DNA of 33,870 bases, taken from positions 45,027,628-45,061,497 of the forward strand of contig NC_068987.1 of assembly GCF_001194135.2 (NCBI RefSeq), read 5' to 3'. The DNA is from Octopus bimaculoides (Eukaryota). A program made the position numbers and the translations under genes. Shown here piece by piece: positions 22,445 through 33,870 of this stretch. The notes beneath the pieces are model-generated. The model was given only the letters and a program-made list of their open reading frames with translations, did no database searches and was not told where the DNA came from. Position 1 is the first letter of the stretch. Every line of letters starts with the position of its first letter.

Positions 22445-22903
22445 TGTAACGACCGTGCGACCAGGAGATGGTGATGAAGGAATGGCTCCATGCTGGCGAC
22501 GAAGAAACTTGTAGACAGTTAGTTGAACACTGTGTTGGATCTCCAGTGAAGTGGAGTCATGTCGTCACTGGAACTGGCTGGTGCTCTGTGGTCAGTGGCT
22601 AGACCTCAGAAGGTCTAAGGCCAAAGACAAACATGCGCAGAAAAACTAGCTATTTATAAGAAACTATCGGCTCAAACAGGGGTTCAGAAAAACTGTCGAA
22701 CACGACCTTATCTGAAGGCAGCGATTGGTTGGGTTGCACCCTGGCGCGAGATAGAATAAGAGAGAAAAATATGCCAATACCAACCAATCAGAGGTGGTGG
22801 ACACAACAGGGTCCAAAGATGCGGCTGAAGGCTAGCTGTTATCTGCTATGTCCGCATTCATGTATATATAATATATATATAGAGAGAGAGAAGCTTCGCT
22901 ACA
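22445..22903 (-). mobile_element. Probable solo LTR
   Basis: 459 bp with TG...CA ends and 7/8 inverted termini (TGTAACGA / TCGCTACA); flanks TGTT / TATT (possible mutated 4-bp TSD); GC-richer than context; CCAAT (22724-28) and TATAAATA (22651-58) on minus. No AATAAA seen. Confidence 0.55.
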
Positions 22904-23019
22904 TATTTATATGAATTATGTGTACCTTATACTTCATGATACAACTCTGTTTCTCTTTTTCTGCAGATATTTATTTTTGAATAAATGAAAATGCATAATC
23001 TATCTGATTTCCAAAGAAG

Positions 23020-23931
23020 GCTAATAGTTGGAGTGCAGGTGGCTGAAGCTACAGAATTGCTTAATGTTTTGGGAAGTAGAGTCTCTGAAAGCTTGTTAGC
23101 ATACTAAACTAAGGAAAAACCAGCTCTGGTGAGCATAATTCTGGACAGAAGGCAAAGTTCTCAGAGAGGAACCACAGAATAGTAAAATGTACTGTGTCAG
23201 AAAACAATCAAACTACAGCAGCAAAAGTGACAGCAGAGCTAAACCACCACCATGCCAACCTTGTGCCAATCAATTCTGCTTGCCATAAGCACCATAAAAC
23301 CAGATACCACAGGAAGGCTGCAACTGCTAAAATCTCTCTTGTCCCCCATCAACATTGATAAGCAAAAAAAAGAGAAAATCTAGACTATCAGAAGTGGTCA
23401 ATGGCTCAATGAAACACTTATCTCTGATGAATCATCATTCACCCTTTTTTCCTCACTTCAGTGTGAGTTTATGTCTGGAGACATCCCAAAGAAGATATCA
23501 ACTCTGGCTGTTTAGCCCCTACCATGAAGCATGGAGGTGGTTCTCTGATCATTTGGACAAACATATCAAAGAATTCCATTGGTCCTTTAGTTGTTCTACA
23601 GGATTATCTGAGTATATTTGCTGATTATGTTCATCCAATGGTACAAATATTGTCCCTTGATGGTAGCACAATCTACCAGGATGATAATGCAGTGATTCAC
23701 ACAGTCAATGTTATTCAAAATTTGTATGAAGAACACAAAAGTGGAGTAGCATTTTGGAGTAGCTTCCTTCTACCATTGTCACTGAAAGAGCTGAAACAGG
23801 TTTTATTTGAATAATGGCTAAAATTCCATTAACAACCATTCAGAGCCTGTACAAGTACATTCCTTGACATAATACTGTAAATGATGCCCTAAGTAAACTA
23901 ACTCCTTATTGAATGGTTTTGTTCAACCCCA

Positions 23932-23934
<3 letters not shown>
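23020..23934 (+). mobile_element. Decayed Tc1-family transposon
   Basis: SDESSF (23423), TMKHGGGSLIIW (23521), IYQDDNAVIHT (23671); TIR-like right end tgttcaaccccagtg; left TIR not found. Confidence 0.85.
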
Positions 23935-23962
<28 letters not shown>

Positions 23963-24369
23963 TACAGATAGATAGATAGACAGACCCATGATAAAAAAAA
24001 CCCATTCCAGCTATGACCAATACATCTTTTTCTGGCACACAGTGTATTTATGACTATATTATCTTATGTATCCTATCTTATATGTTAAAGACAGAGTATG
24101 ATTTTGAGGGAGAGTTGGTTCCTATTTCTTGAAGGTCAATCATCTGTGAAAAGCCTCCCTGAATGGCATTGTACTTTTACTTTTGTATGAGGGCAGAATA
24201 TCATGTTCTTGCCAGAATTCTATCAGTGGATCTATAGGTCATGGAGTATTTCAACACCCTAACAATTTCAAGTTTAACAGCTGCAGACAGACTCATTCAT
24301 ATATCCTATAATTCTGACATTATATGAACCACCTAATTCTCTGCTATAAGCCTTGCTCGGTTGAAGGAG

Positions 24370-24561
24370 CTGTTAGTCATGCAAACTACATGGTGCCATG
24401 AAAAAGGCATCCAGTGGTTGACATTAGGAAGAGGATCAAGCCATAGAAATCATGCTAAAGCAGACATTGGAGTATGATGCGGTCTTCAGACCTGTCAGAT
24501 CCTGTGAAACTGTCCAACCTGTGCCAGCATGGAACATAGACATTAGATGATGATGATGATA
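24370..24561 (+). mobile_element. Older RTE-tail-type SINE/LINE 3' end
   Basis: Diverged match to 1-234 and 2690-2880 (ttaggaag, ccatagaaa..catgct, ctgtccaacc, ccagcatgga); (GAT)n tail. Confidence 0.65.
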
Positions 24562-25768
24562 TATGTTTGTCACAGTGGGTGATAGCTAAAGAGTGTTAGA
24601 TCAGGATGGTACCTAGTGAAGTGTTAGATTAGGTTGGTATTACAGATTGGTCCTGGTGGATGGTAGAAAAGGAAGGGCTCATATCTATTAGCCATGAAGA
24701 GGAACAACTATAATTTTTAGATATGTTCAATCAGAATTGACCTGAGGTACAACAACAAATAATAGCAATAATAATAATGATAAAAGTATGCCCTGATGCA
24801 ATACAAGGCAGTGACTTTCATGGCTTCTGGTCTTAACTGATTGGAAGTGTTATCATGTACATGTTTTGTCTTAGCGTAAAAGATGGGCTACAGCAAATAT
24901 TCTGCTCAATTCCACAGATCTGCTTATCAGTTGTTTGATCTTAACCAGTTGAGCATGTCTCTTAGTGACTGACAATATGTGCATCTCTGATCACAAGCAG
25001 AAGTAGTGGGAGAATATCACAGCCATGTATTGAGAGGAATTTTGGGGGTTTGAATAATTCACCCCTGGAAACATGGGTGTTTTGTTCAACATCTTTATTC
25101 AGGGATCTTTTGAGCAGGGTGGGCTACTCAAGCTAAAGAAAATTCTAACTGGGCCCCACCTGTAAGGTCATGTGCTGTTTATTTTGATATGAGATCACCT
25201 TGTGCACATATGGGTATGATGCATGTGTCTGGTGTACCCTTATCAGATGGGTAGTCATGATGGGTATATTGGGCTTTGTATATTTGTCCCCCAGTGTCAC
25301 TTTGATGGTATGCCCTGCTCTTTCATTCAGTAATAATAATTTACTAGCTGGACCCATGAAAAATTCACAGAAAACATAAAAAATATAAGCACCTGTAAAT
25401 TGTGTGCTGGTGCCATGAAAAAATGCTTCTATATTGTGACAGTTACAAAATATAGAAAGATGTGTAAAACTGATAACTGTATAATCCAACCAAAATATCT
25501 GTTACACAAATGTAAACAGAATTACTATTTAGCCTTAAAATACATATTCAAAGAACCGTTTTGGTTTAGTCGCACGGAATGTTCTTTAGGTATTCTTCTA
25601 CTTGTTTCAGTCATTTGACGGTGGCCATGCTGGAACACCACCCTTTAGTGAAAGAAATCGCCCCCTGGGCTAATTCCTTGTAAGCTTGGTGCTTATTCTA
25701 TCAGTCTCTTCTGCCGAACAGCTAACTTACAGGGACACAAACACACCAACATCGGCTGTCAAACTATG

Positions 25769-26046
25769 NNNNNNNNNNNNNNNNNNNNNNNNNNNNNNNN
25801 NNNNNNNNNNNNNNNNNNNNNNNNNNNNNNNNNNNNNNNNNNNNNNNNNNNNNNNNNNNNNNNNNNNNNNNNNNNNNNNNNNNNNNNNNNNNNNNNNNNN
25901 NNNNNNNNNNNNNNNNNNNNNNNNNNNNNNNNNNNNNNNNNNNNNNNNNNNNNNNNNNNNNNNNNNNNNNNNNNNNNNNNNNNNNNNNNNNNNNNNNNNN
26001 NNNNNNNNNNNNNNNNNNNNNNNNNNNNNNNNNNNNNNNNNNNNNN
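25769..26046. other. Assembly gap (N run) inside a TRAF6 intron
   Basis: Run of N. Flanking exons join in frame, so no constitutive coding exon is required in the gap. Confidence 1.
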
Positions 26047-26425
26047 GAAAAAAAAAGGAAGTGGAGGGGGGGTTGTTTGTAGTTTGTAGAGAAAACGTTA
26101 ACGTGCCTGAAAAAGAAACATGGTCTTTCCTCCCCAACTAAAAGACATGAAGAACTATGAAAGAAGGCAAATAAGTATTGGGGGTGGGTAAAAGAAGAGA
26201 GAACTAACACTCAATCATTCTAGAACTCCTAGAATAAAAACATCAACAGCTGAAAAACTTTCCCTCTATTCATTACAAAATGTCTTTCCCTCTTCTTCAT
26301 TGTTAAAAGTAAAGAAGCTAGAAAAGATCAACCGTATTTCAGTCTAAATGTCATTGTAAATGACTGAAGCTTTCCTTTATCTGTCTCTATTGCTTCACTC
26401 CTTTTCTTGACAGTTAAAAGGGTGA

Positions 26426-26742
26426 AGGTGTGTGGCTCAGTGGTTAGAGGTATTCGACCCACAATCGTAAAGTAATGAGTACGATTCTCTGCAGTGCACT
26501 ATGTTTTTGAGCAAGGTACTCTATTTCACCTTACTGCAGTCCACTCAGCTGGCAAAAATGTAGCTGTAATTCAAAGGGGCCAGCCTTGTTACATTCTGTG
26601 TGAGGTTGAATCTCCCTGAGAACTACTTTATGGTGTGCATGTCTGTGGAGTATTCAGCCACTTGCATGTTAGTTTTATGTGCAGACTGTTCATTGATTAA
26701 ATAAACAGGAACCTCGTCGTTGTAACCGACAAAGTGCCATCT
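26426..26742 (+). mobile_element. tRNA-head SINE, second family, with a partial copy at ~27080-27205
   Basis: A box TGGCTCAGTGG; body tcaaaggggccagcct...ctgagaactac...tcagccacttgc is repeated at 27098-27192. Confidence 0.7.
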
Positions 26743-27779
26743 TTTAAAAAGAGTGAAAGAAAAGGAAATGTTCTATATCGTAAGGCAAAAATATCATGTT
26801 TTGTATAAACAGTGAAAGCTAAGACAAAATAATTGCTATTCCATTGTGTATTTGCCCTCAACTCACGCTCAGTTTGATAACAATAGCCTGTGCATCAGTG
26901 TTTATCTGGGGGCTTGGCCTCCAGATCTGTAAGACCTACAAATGCTGCTTGTAGGACTGGATTAACACCGATAGTGGCCCTAACGACTAAAAAGATTTTC
27001 CTGCCCCTATATAGGATCTTTTTTATTTTCTTCCAACCACTTGAAGGTTTATTTTGCTCCAGTCCATTCATCTGGCCAAAGTGAGTTGTGACTGTAACTC
27101 AAAGGGGCCAGCCTCGTCATTCTGTGTGAAGCTGAAACTCTCTGAGAACTACGTTAATGATATGCATGTCTGTGGCATACTCAGCCACTTGCGAGTTAAT
27201 TTTATCCTGGTGTGGTAATGAAAAGTGAAAGTGACATCCAATATCTATGTATCAACTTTTCTTTGGATCTATGTATCTACTGTCTCTCTCACGTTCTCTT
27301 TCATTTCCTATGTGACCCTCTTCTCTCCCACTTTTAATTTAACAATGTGTGTATGTATCTATATATCTACTTTTCTTACGATGTGATAAACTTTTAAAAA
27401 CACAAAACGAATGCTGTCACCACTCACTGTCTCTTTCACTCTCTCTTTCTTTTATTTCCTCTCTGAAACATCTAAAAACACAAAATGAACACCGTAACCA
27501 CTCACTGTCTCTTTCTCTCTGTCCTCCTCTCTTTCGTTTTGCCACTCACTTCTTTGAAGTAAATGTGATACACACGACAAGTACGTACAAAAAGAACAAA
27601 TTGGCATATTAACATTATTGATGAAGATTGATGTCAGTCTTTGCAGAGCTAAATACACACAATAAGAAGAGCATGATATGATATATATAATAAATAGATT
27701 GACTATTTATTGAAGTGAATTTAATAAATGAGTCAATTTGTATATATCATAATAATAATAATAATAATAAATTCTGTAC

Positions 27780-27941
27780 CCAATAATCTTCAAAAATCAA
27801 ACTTCCTAAACAGAGGGAACATACTATATTTCTCTTGACACACTCGGTTTCTTTATGATTGTTGATATCTTTTTTCAAAATGAGTTTATTACAGTTAAGA
27901 GGGCACATTACGGAGTTAAAATGGCATGTCTCCTGATGTTC
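27780..27941 (-). CDS. TRAF6: TRAF6 coding exon (zinc fingers 1-3)
   Basis: Acceptor ctttcttttctattttcag, donor TGG|gtacag. 162 nt, phase 0/0: EHQETCHFNSVMCPLNCNKLILKKDINNHKETECVKRNIVCSLCLGSLIFEDYW, a TRAF-type Cys/His pattern. Confidence 0.93.
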
Positions 27942-27975
27942 CTGAAAATAGAAAAGAAAGAAAAATGTTACATGT

Positions 27976-29950
27976 TATTTAAAATTTCCCTTTGTGCGAC
28001 CTACATATTTCTTTGAAGAAACTGTGTCCTGTCATGCAAGCTCCATTTAGTGGGCATAAATTTTTATCTCTGCAGTTTCATGTTGTTGTTTTTGCGTGTT
28101 GTGTGCAATTATATTTTAAAAGTTAGTGGTTGAACTAAAACTAATTTTTAGGATATGCCTATCTATAAGTGATAAGAAATATCTACCAATATTAAGGGTC
28201 ACTTTGGAGGGGTAAGAGGGTGTGAAGCAGATAATTTTCCTATTCCTATGTTTTCTTTTCTTTATTTCTGGACGAATAAAGGTATATAGGTTATTTCCTT
28301 ACTAAAACCACTATCTTTAAGAGCTTTATTATATATTGGGGCAACATTATTAAATATGTTTATAACAGAGGTGAGGCTAGAAATTCTCCTACTAACGTTT
28401 TTAACTAAATTCTTAAACACTATGGGGGGGGGTGACAGGAACCTACATTAATATAACTAAGTCTATCGTTGGGCTTACTATAGGGTTTGTAAATATTCTT
28501 ATTTAAATCTAAAGATACATCAAGGAAATTGATAACCGTCAGGTGGGTATCTACTGTTATGCTAAGATTGAATGTTTTCATCGAGTGGATAATGTCCTTC
28601 CTTAACTGATCTCACACTGGTCCACTGGTATTTATAGTTAAAGCTAGAGCAAGAACGTCATCTTTGAAAATGGCGAAATATACACCAGGAAAAGTTTTTC
28701 TCAATGTATTGAGTAGGAAGAGTCCAATGAGATCGCATATGCCTACTCCATCATATGACTCCATGCTCACATCGAAAGCACCCTCTGTATCAGTTGACTT
28801 AAGCGACTCTGTGTTCTCGCTGAAGAGTAATGTCTTTCTAGTATGGAAGATTATGTCCTTATCTTGTATACTAATCTCTTTAAATTTGCTTGCAAAGGTG
28901 AGGGCTTTATCGAGCAGTTCCTTAGAGATAGAAGCATAGAAATCTACAATATCAAATTGTGTAAATCTTGCTTTATTCTGATTCCTAATAGCTTTAAACC
29001 AGTCAATGACTTCTATACTATTGGACCATTGTACTAAACTAGTAGCATTTCTGACTTTAGCATTGATTTTTCCTAAAATTTCTTTAATAATAATATTAAT
29101 TTCTGATTTTTCTGGGTTAATAAGTCTACATTTAGGATTAGATAGGAAGTTCTTTTTATGGTCTTTAATAGTTATAAAGGCCTCTTTTTGGAGGGAGGAC
29201 CTTTATTTTTTTAATCTTATTTAAGCCTAGCAGCAATGATACTAGCTTCTTTATTAATGTCGTTATAAACTTGTGGTCTAGCTTTAGTGTAATTATTAAT
29301 AATGTTCTTATGTAGAAGTATGTGCTGTTTTCTACAAAGTATAAGTTCTTAGTTTTATCAGAAAAAAGTGCCGTTTTTTAAAAACTTTTTATGTATTCAA
29401 TGTCTTTTTCAGTTTCTGTTGGAAAGTGTTAAAAGACTTACAAAATTTTATTTCGTTTATAAGCTTCAGTAGGTTCGTTTCGAAGTCTTCTAAGTCCTTG
29501 ATTTTAGGAGGGAATTTCTTTGATTTAATTTCATAAAATATGTTCTCTGTAGTAGCCTCTTCCATGTTGTAAAAGAAGGCTTTCCATTTCATATGCTTAA
29601 TAAGGTCTGTAATTTTCTCCAAAAGGTTCTTAGAGTATAGTTCTCTGGATGGTACAGGTATGATTTTCATAGAATAATAGATACTGTAGGCGTCCATATC
29701 AAATTCTTCTGCGGGGCAGAGTCCTCAACCGATTTATAGCAACTTTTAAAAACAAGCTGTATAGGCTTTTAGAGAAAAAGCTGTGATATATATATATTTG
29801 TCCAAAATCACAGAGTAGAAAGTGAAGGAGAAAATAGTAATTCAGTGAAGGAGAATAGCCTTGACTGAGAGAAAGTGAGAGAAAGTAATAGCAATGAGAG
29901 AAAGGAAGTAGCAAAGAGTGTGTCGCATATCTTCTATTTTTCTCCCTCAC
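27976..29950 (-). mobile_element. Penelope-like element remnant (RT followed by truncated GIY-YIG endonuclease)
   Basis: N-terminus YSMKIIPVPS...IKHMKWKAFFY (ORF 29389..29697). Stop-free 190 codons 29184-28615 with FITIKDHK, CRLINP, FDIVDFY (28956-36), FDVSMESYDG..ICDLIG, FKDD (28668-57); then NFLDV, YKPYSKPN, SCHPP, CRDKNLCPLNGACM (28074-33) and YVGRTKGNFK. 5' boundary approximate. Confidence 0.9.
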
Positions 29951-31169
29951 AACATATGAAATGAGAAAGGAAGGGGTGATAGATGAATAATGAAGGAAGG
30001 GGTGAAAAAAAATCAGCGTTTCAACTCTGTGTTAGTATATGTATGTGTATGTAAAAGGGAGGTATGTGAATGTTTGCTTGTGTGTGTGTGTGTGTGTGTG
30101 TGTGTGCAATAGAAATGGGATGGTGAACATTCAAAATTGAAAAGTTGAAAAGAAAAATCAAACAGAATTTCAACTCTATTTGAGTATATGTATGTGTGTG
30201 TGTATGTACAAGGGAAATATGTGAATGTTTGTATCTGTGATTATTATGTACCTTATTTATATATAAAATATGACAATCAGCCGTCATTTTTGATGGCACA
30301 GGGTCAGCTAGTGAGTAACAATTAGCAAATCCAACTTAAATTGAATGTGTTGTTCAGATTGCCTTAAACTGTTGTTAACATGCTAATTACTATTCATTTC
30401 TAACACTGCTACTGTCACTATTAGCTAGGTTATTAGTAACCTGCTGGTTTTATGCAACATCATTGATCATTTAGCCTGGCTTTCTTTTGCATTCTTCCTT
30501 ATGGTGGACTATTTTCAATCAAACTGTTGTATGTACCTGATGAAAAAGTTCACCATATAACTAAAGACATTCATAATATTATGTACGATGCAACCCATGT
30601 GCTTTTGAAACAGATGTAATACTCAACTATATCTTCCATCCCTTTCATTTACAGATATGTCACATTATAAGCAACATTTGTTGCTTTTGAAAAGAAGTTG
30701 TACAGCACCTGTCATTGGAACTTTCTGTCTAATCTTGATATGGGACAAACTGTATTCAATAAATTTTATTGATTAATTATTGAGCCATCTGTATTTTCAA
30801 TACAAGCCATGTTTATGCTAGAAACTAATCAACTGCATTTTATCATGAGCACTTGTCTGGCCATAAATGACATGCCTGTATGTATGGCCATGATTTTACT
30901 TAGCTTGATGTGTCTTCTCAAGCACAGTAAACTGCCGGAAGTCCCTTGTTATCTCCTCAGAGTGGCTCAACATCTGAAGGTCATTTCACATCATCTTGTC
31001 CCATGTCTTCCCCCTCTCACAGGTTCCTTCCACAATAAGAGATTGGCACTTCTGATAAAAAAAAGTACTAGGGTCAATTTGTTCGATTAAAATTTTTTTA
31101 AATGGTGCCCCAGCATGGCTGCAGTCCAATGACTGAAACAAATAAAACACACACACACACACACACACA

Positions 31170-31445
31170 GTGTTGAGAGGAAAGCTGGGCATAAGGGAAT
31201 CAAATGCAGCATGCAGGAGAGGAGACTATGTTAGTTTGAACATGTGATAAATATAAATGAAGACAGTTGTATAAAGTGCTGACCACTGAAAGTGGATGGC
31301 ACCTGCAGAAGAGGGAGATCCAGGAAGACATGGGATGAAGTAGTGAGGACCAATCTAAGGATGTTGGGGTTCCTGGAGGAAATGACAACAGAGCAAGATG
31401 TCTGGCGATATGAGGTCCTAGAGAAGACTCACCCATGTCAGCAAA
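31170..31445 (+). mobile_element. Older RTE ORF2 C-terminal fragment
   Basis: LRGKLGI..IKCSMQERRL...HV..........GTCRRGRSRKTWDEVV..NL..LG...EMT....VWRY with stops. Confidence 0.8.
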
Positions 31446-32439
31446 TCTGAGTCCTAGAAGTGTCATGTTCTACCCACAGGTAACAATAAAATTTTCACAC
31501 ACCCAACCTCAACAAACCAAACTACATCCCCCTTTCTTTACTCTTCCTCACATTCCCTCTTCATACACTATGATTATCTCCCACTCCCCAATCCAGTCCC
31601 CCCTACCCTGTTCACTGTACCATTGCTTCCCCCAGTCCCCCACTTTCTATATACCCAGATTTTCACTAGTCACAACATTTCCTACCCCCACTCCCTACTT
31701 GTGACTTCTTAGCAGTACCCTGTCAGCACCTGCCACCATTCATCACCCTTTTCCTTACTCTACCATCCCATCTATGCCCCAATCACTGTTCCTTGCAAAT
31801 ATACCCTACCACTTGCCACCATCCTTCTCCTACTCTAACTCTTTCCCTTACTCTCCCCTCTAGCCGGAGTAATCATGTAATTTGCCAAACCACTAAGTTA
31901 TGGAAGACTCTACTGTACATAATGTGTATATGCATAGTGTGTGTGTGTGTGTGTGTGCGTGTATATAGACTGATAGAATAAGCATGTTTCTGCCCTCATT
32001 TTTGATCACTTTCTCTCCCTCCTCTTTCTCTTAGTTCTGGTTAGGCAACCATGTATCTCCTTTACAGTAGCACACCTCTTTCTTATTCTCCTTCTCTCAC
32101 TAGGTAAACATGTCCCTCCTCTTCAGCAGCACACCTGTTTCTGTCCTCATTCTTGTTAACTCTTGCTCTCTTTCTCTTCCTCTCAATGACTGGGTGACTA
32201 TGTACCTCCTCTACAGCAAGACATCTATTTCTGTTTCTCTGTCTAGCCTTTCATCACCTGACACAAGATCACCTCCTCCAATGCCCCCTCCCTTAAAGAT
32301 TCCTTGTCTTGCAAAGTACTTGGTGACCCTGTCAGTGCAGGTGCCACTTAAAATGCACTCAGTTCAAACTGTAAAGATTTCAAGAGAAAAAAAGATTTAC
32401 TGATCATTTTGGATATCCAATTAGAAATTTGTACAAGTG

Positions 32440-33259
32440 TAAGAATTCCAAATATGCCAAGTAAAGTGGTGGAAATGAATGTGGAGAACCTAAATCAAAG
32501 TTACTTTCATCAGACCAAACAACTTTAGCCCAGCCATCATCAGTCTAATCTTCATGTTCCTTTGCCCAAGACAGTTGTTTCTTCATGTTCACCTCAGACA
32601 GCAATGGCTTCTTTCTGGCTTTACATCTTTTGAGCCCAGCTTCTAATAACCTTATCACTGTGCGAGTTGATATATCCTTGTTTGTTGCCACCAAAAACTC
32701 AGCAGTTACGTCAAAAGAGGTCTTTTTCTAATCTGCGAGAGATGTCTTCTTCAGCGACTTGTCTTCCCTCATGGTTGTACACTTTTTGTGATCTTGTCCT
32801 TTACAGTTTTCGAAAGAATTGGTCTCATTGTACCTTTTGATGGACACCCTTTCTGAGCATTTCAATTTTCTTACAATTTCAACTTGGGAGAATTCTTCAC
32901 TGGATAATGCAATGATTTGAGTCTTTTGAATTTCAGGAACCTATTGCTTTGAAGACATTTTCAACAAATATTAACCACTGATAAGTTATCAATAAGATAT
33001 TCACTGAAAAAATAGTAAAAGACATTAGTGTAACACAATGAGTGGCAGAAAATTGACCCAGCCACTAGCACCAACTTAGTATCAACTATGCAAAAATGCA
33101 TAAAAGTGGATATAAAAGCAAAAGGACATATCAAACACAATTTGTTGATGGGATAGACTCTAGAATGTTTATTATACTGTTTTCAGTTATTAAATAATTG
33201 AGTTTTAATCATTTTCTCTATTTTCTCATACCTGCACCATAATTTTGGCCAAAGCAGTA
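32440..33259 (-). mobile_element. Decayed, 3'-truncated Tc1-family transposon
   Basis: ATG at 32958; KTQIIALSSE.FSQVEIVRKLKCS...ARKKPLLS...WAKEH...WAKVVWSDESNF (32517-03); TIR-like start TACTGCTTTGGCCAAAATT near 33259. Confidence 0.85.
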
Positions 33260-33684
33260 TATAATATATCCTACATATGCACATATTCATCTTTCAGAGG
33301 AATGAGGACCACCTAATCATCTTTAAGGGTGACAGATGACTTGCATGGTAACTTTAAATAAAGTGAAGAAGAGTTGAGCAGCCAAACTCACTCACTTGCG
33401 TGTGATTCTCTTCAATCCCGTGGTAAGATCAGGTCAAGATGACTGGGGATGAAGACAGATGCAGTGGATGATCAAGATGTCTTGTTTGCCAGATCTTGCT
33501 CTCCGCAATTATTTACAACTATTTTACTAACTCCTTCATTCAACAATGTTACAAGAGGGTTAGTTCACTAACATGATGCTCACAATAAAACACAAATTTC
33601 ACTAAACAAAGTACACTACATCACCTACAAACTAGATTCAGTTAAGCAAGAGGGTAACAAAAAAAAACAAAAAATGGTACTCAC

Positions 33685-33841
33685 TTCAATTTGATTCAAC
33701 TCCACAATATGCTTACAACCATTTCTTGAGTAAGGACAATGAACTTTCATAGAAAGGATCTCTCTCTTCACATAATTATCTGGAAACATTTTGTTCTGAT
33801 CCACATCTGCATTGTCAATGGGACACTTGCAGTTGCCTTCT
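33685..33841 (-). CDS. TRAF6: TRAF6 coding exon (end of RING, start of zinc finger 1); upstream coding exon is outside the window
   Basis: Acceptor tttttccacag, donor GAA|gtgagt. 157 nt (1+52 codons) translate to EGNCKCPIDNADVDQNKMFPDNYVKREILSMKVHCPYSRNGCKHIVELNQIE, matching human TRAF6 KCPVDN...FPDNFAKREILSL.VKCP. Confidence 0.95.
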
Positions 33842-33870
33842 CTGTGGAAAAAGAAACAAATATATATATA

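Noticed and set aside
1-33870. CRISPR arrays, rRNA, true tRNA genes or a second host gene
   Set aside because: No regularly spaced repeat-spacer array; the tRNA-like boxes are SINE heads without cloverleafs; no other spliceable coding exons recognised.

Overview
AT-rich animal genomic DNA; the SINE/LINE families and gene structure suggest a cephalopod, probably Octopus (inference). The only host gene I can support is a TRAF6 orthologue on the minus strand. Five coding exons reconstructed by hand (33841-33685, 27941-27780, 21716-21645, 15472-15395, 13619-12558) splice in frame into RING C-terminus, five TRAF zinc fingers, a long Ser/Pro-rich linker, a coiled coil and a MATH domain. The 5' coding exon lies beyond the window. 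The rest is intron or downstream DNA dense with transposon relics: RTE, R4/Dong-like and CR1-like LINE pieces, a Penelope-like RT/GIY-YIG remnant, mariner, Tc1, pogo, a Chapaev-3-like element, piggyBac-like MITEs, a probable solo LTR and many tRNA-derived SINEs. There are two assembly gaps. The most unusual structures are a ~1.5 kb intronic palindrome whose arms carry a degenerate hammerhead-ribozyme-like motif, a perfect 53-bp snap-back hairpin at the 5' truncation of an RTE LINE, and a mariner built from two 5' ends. I found no convincing new multi-gene system. All alignments and counts were done by eye.
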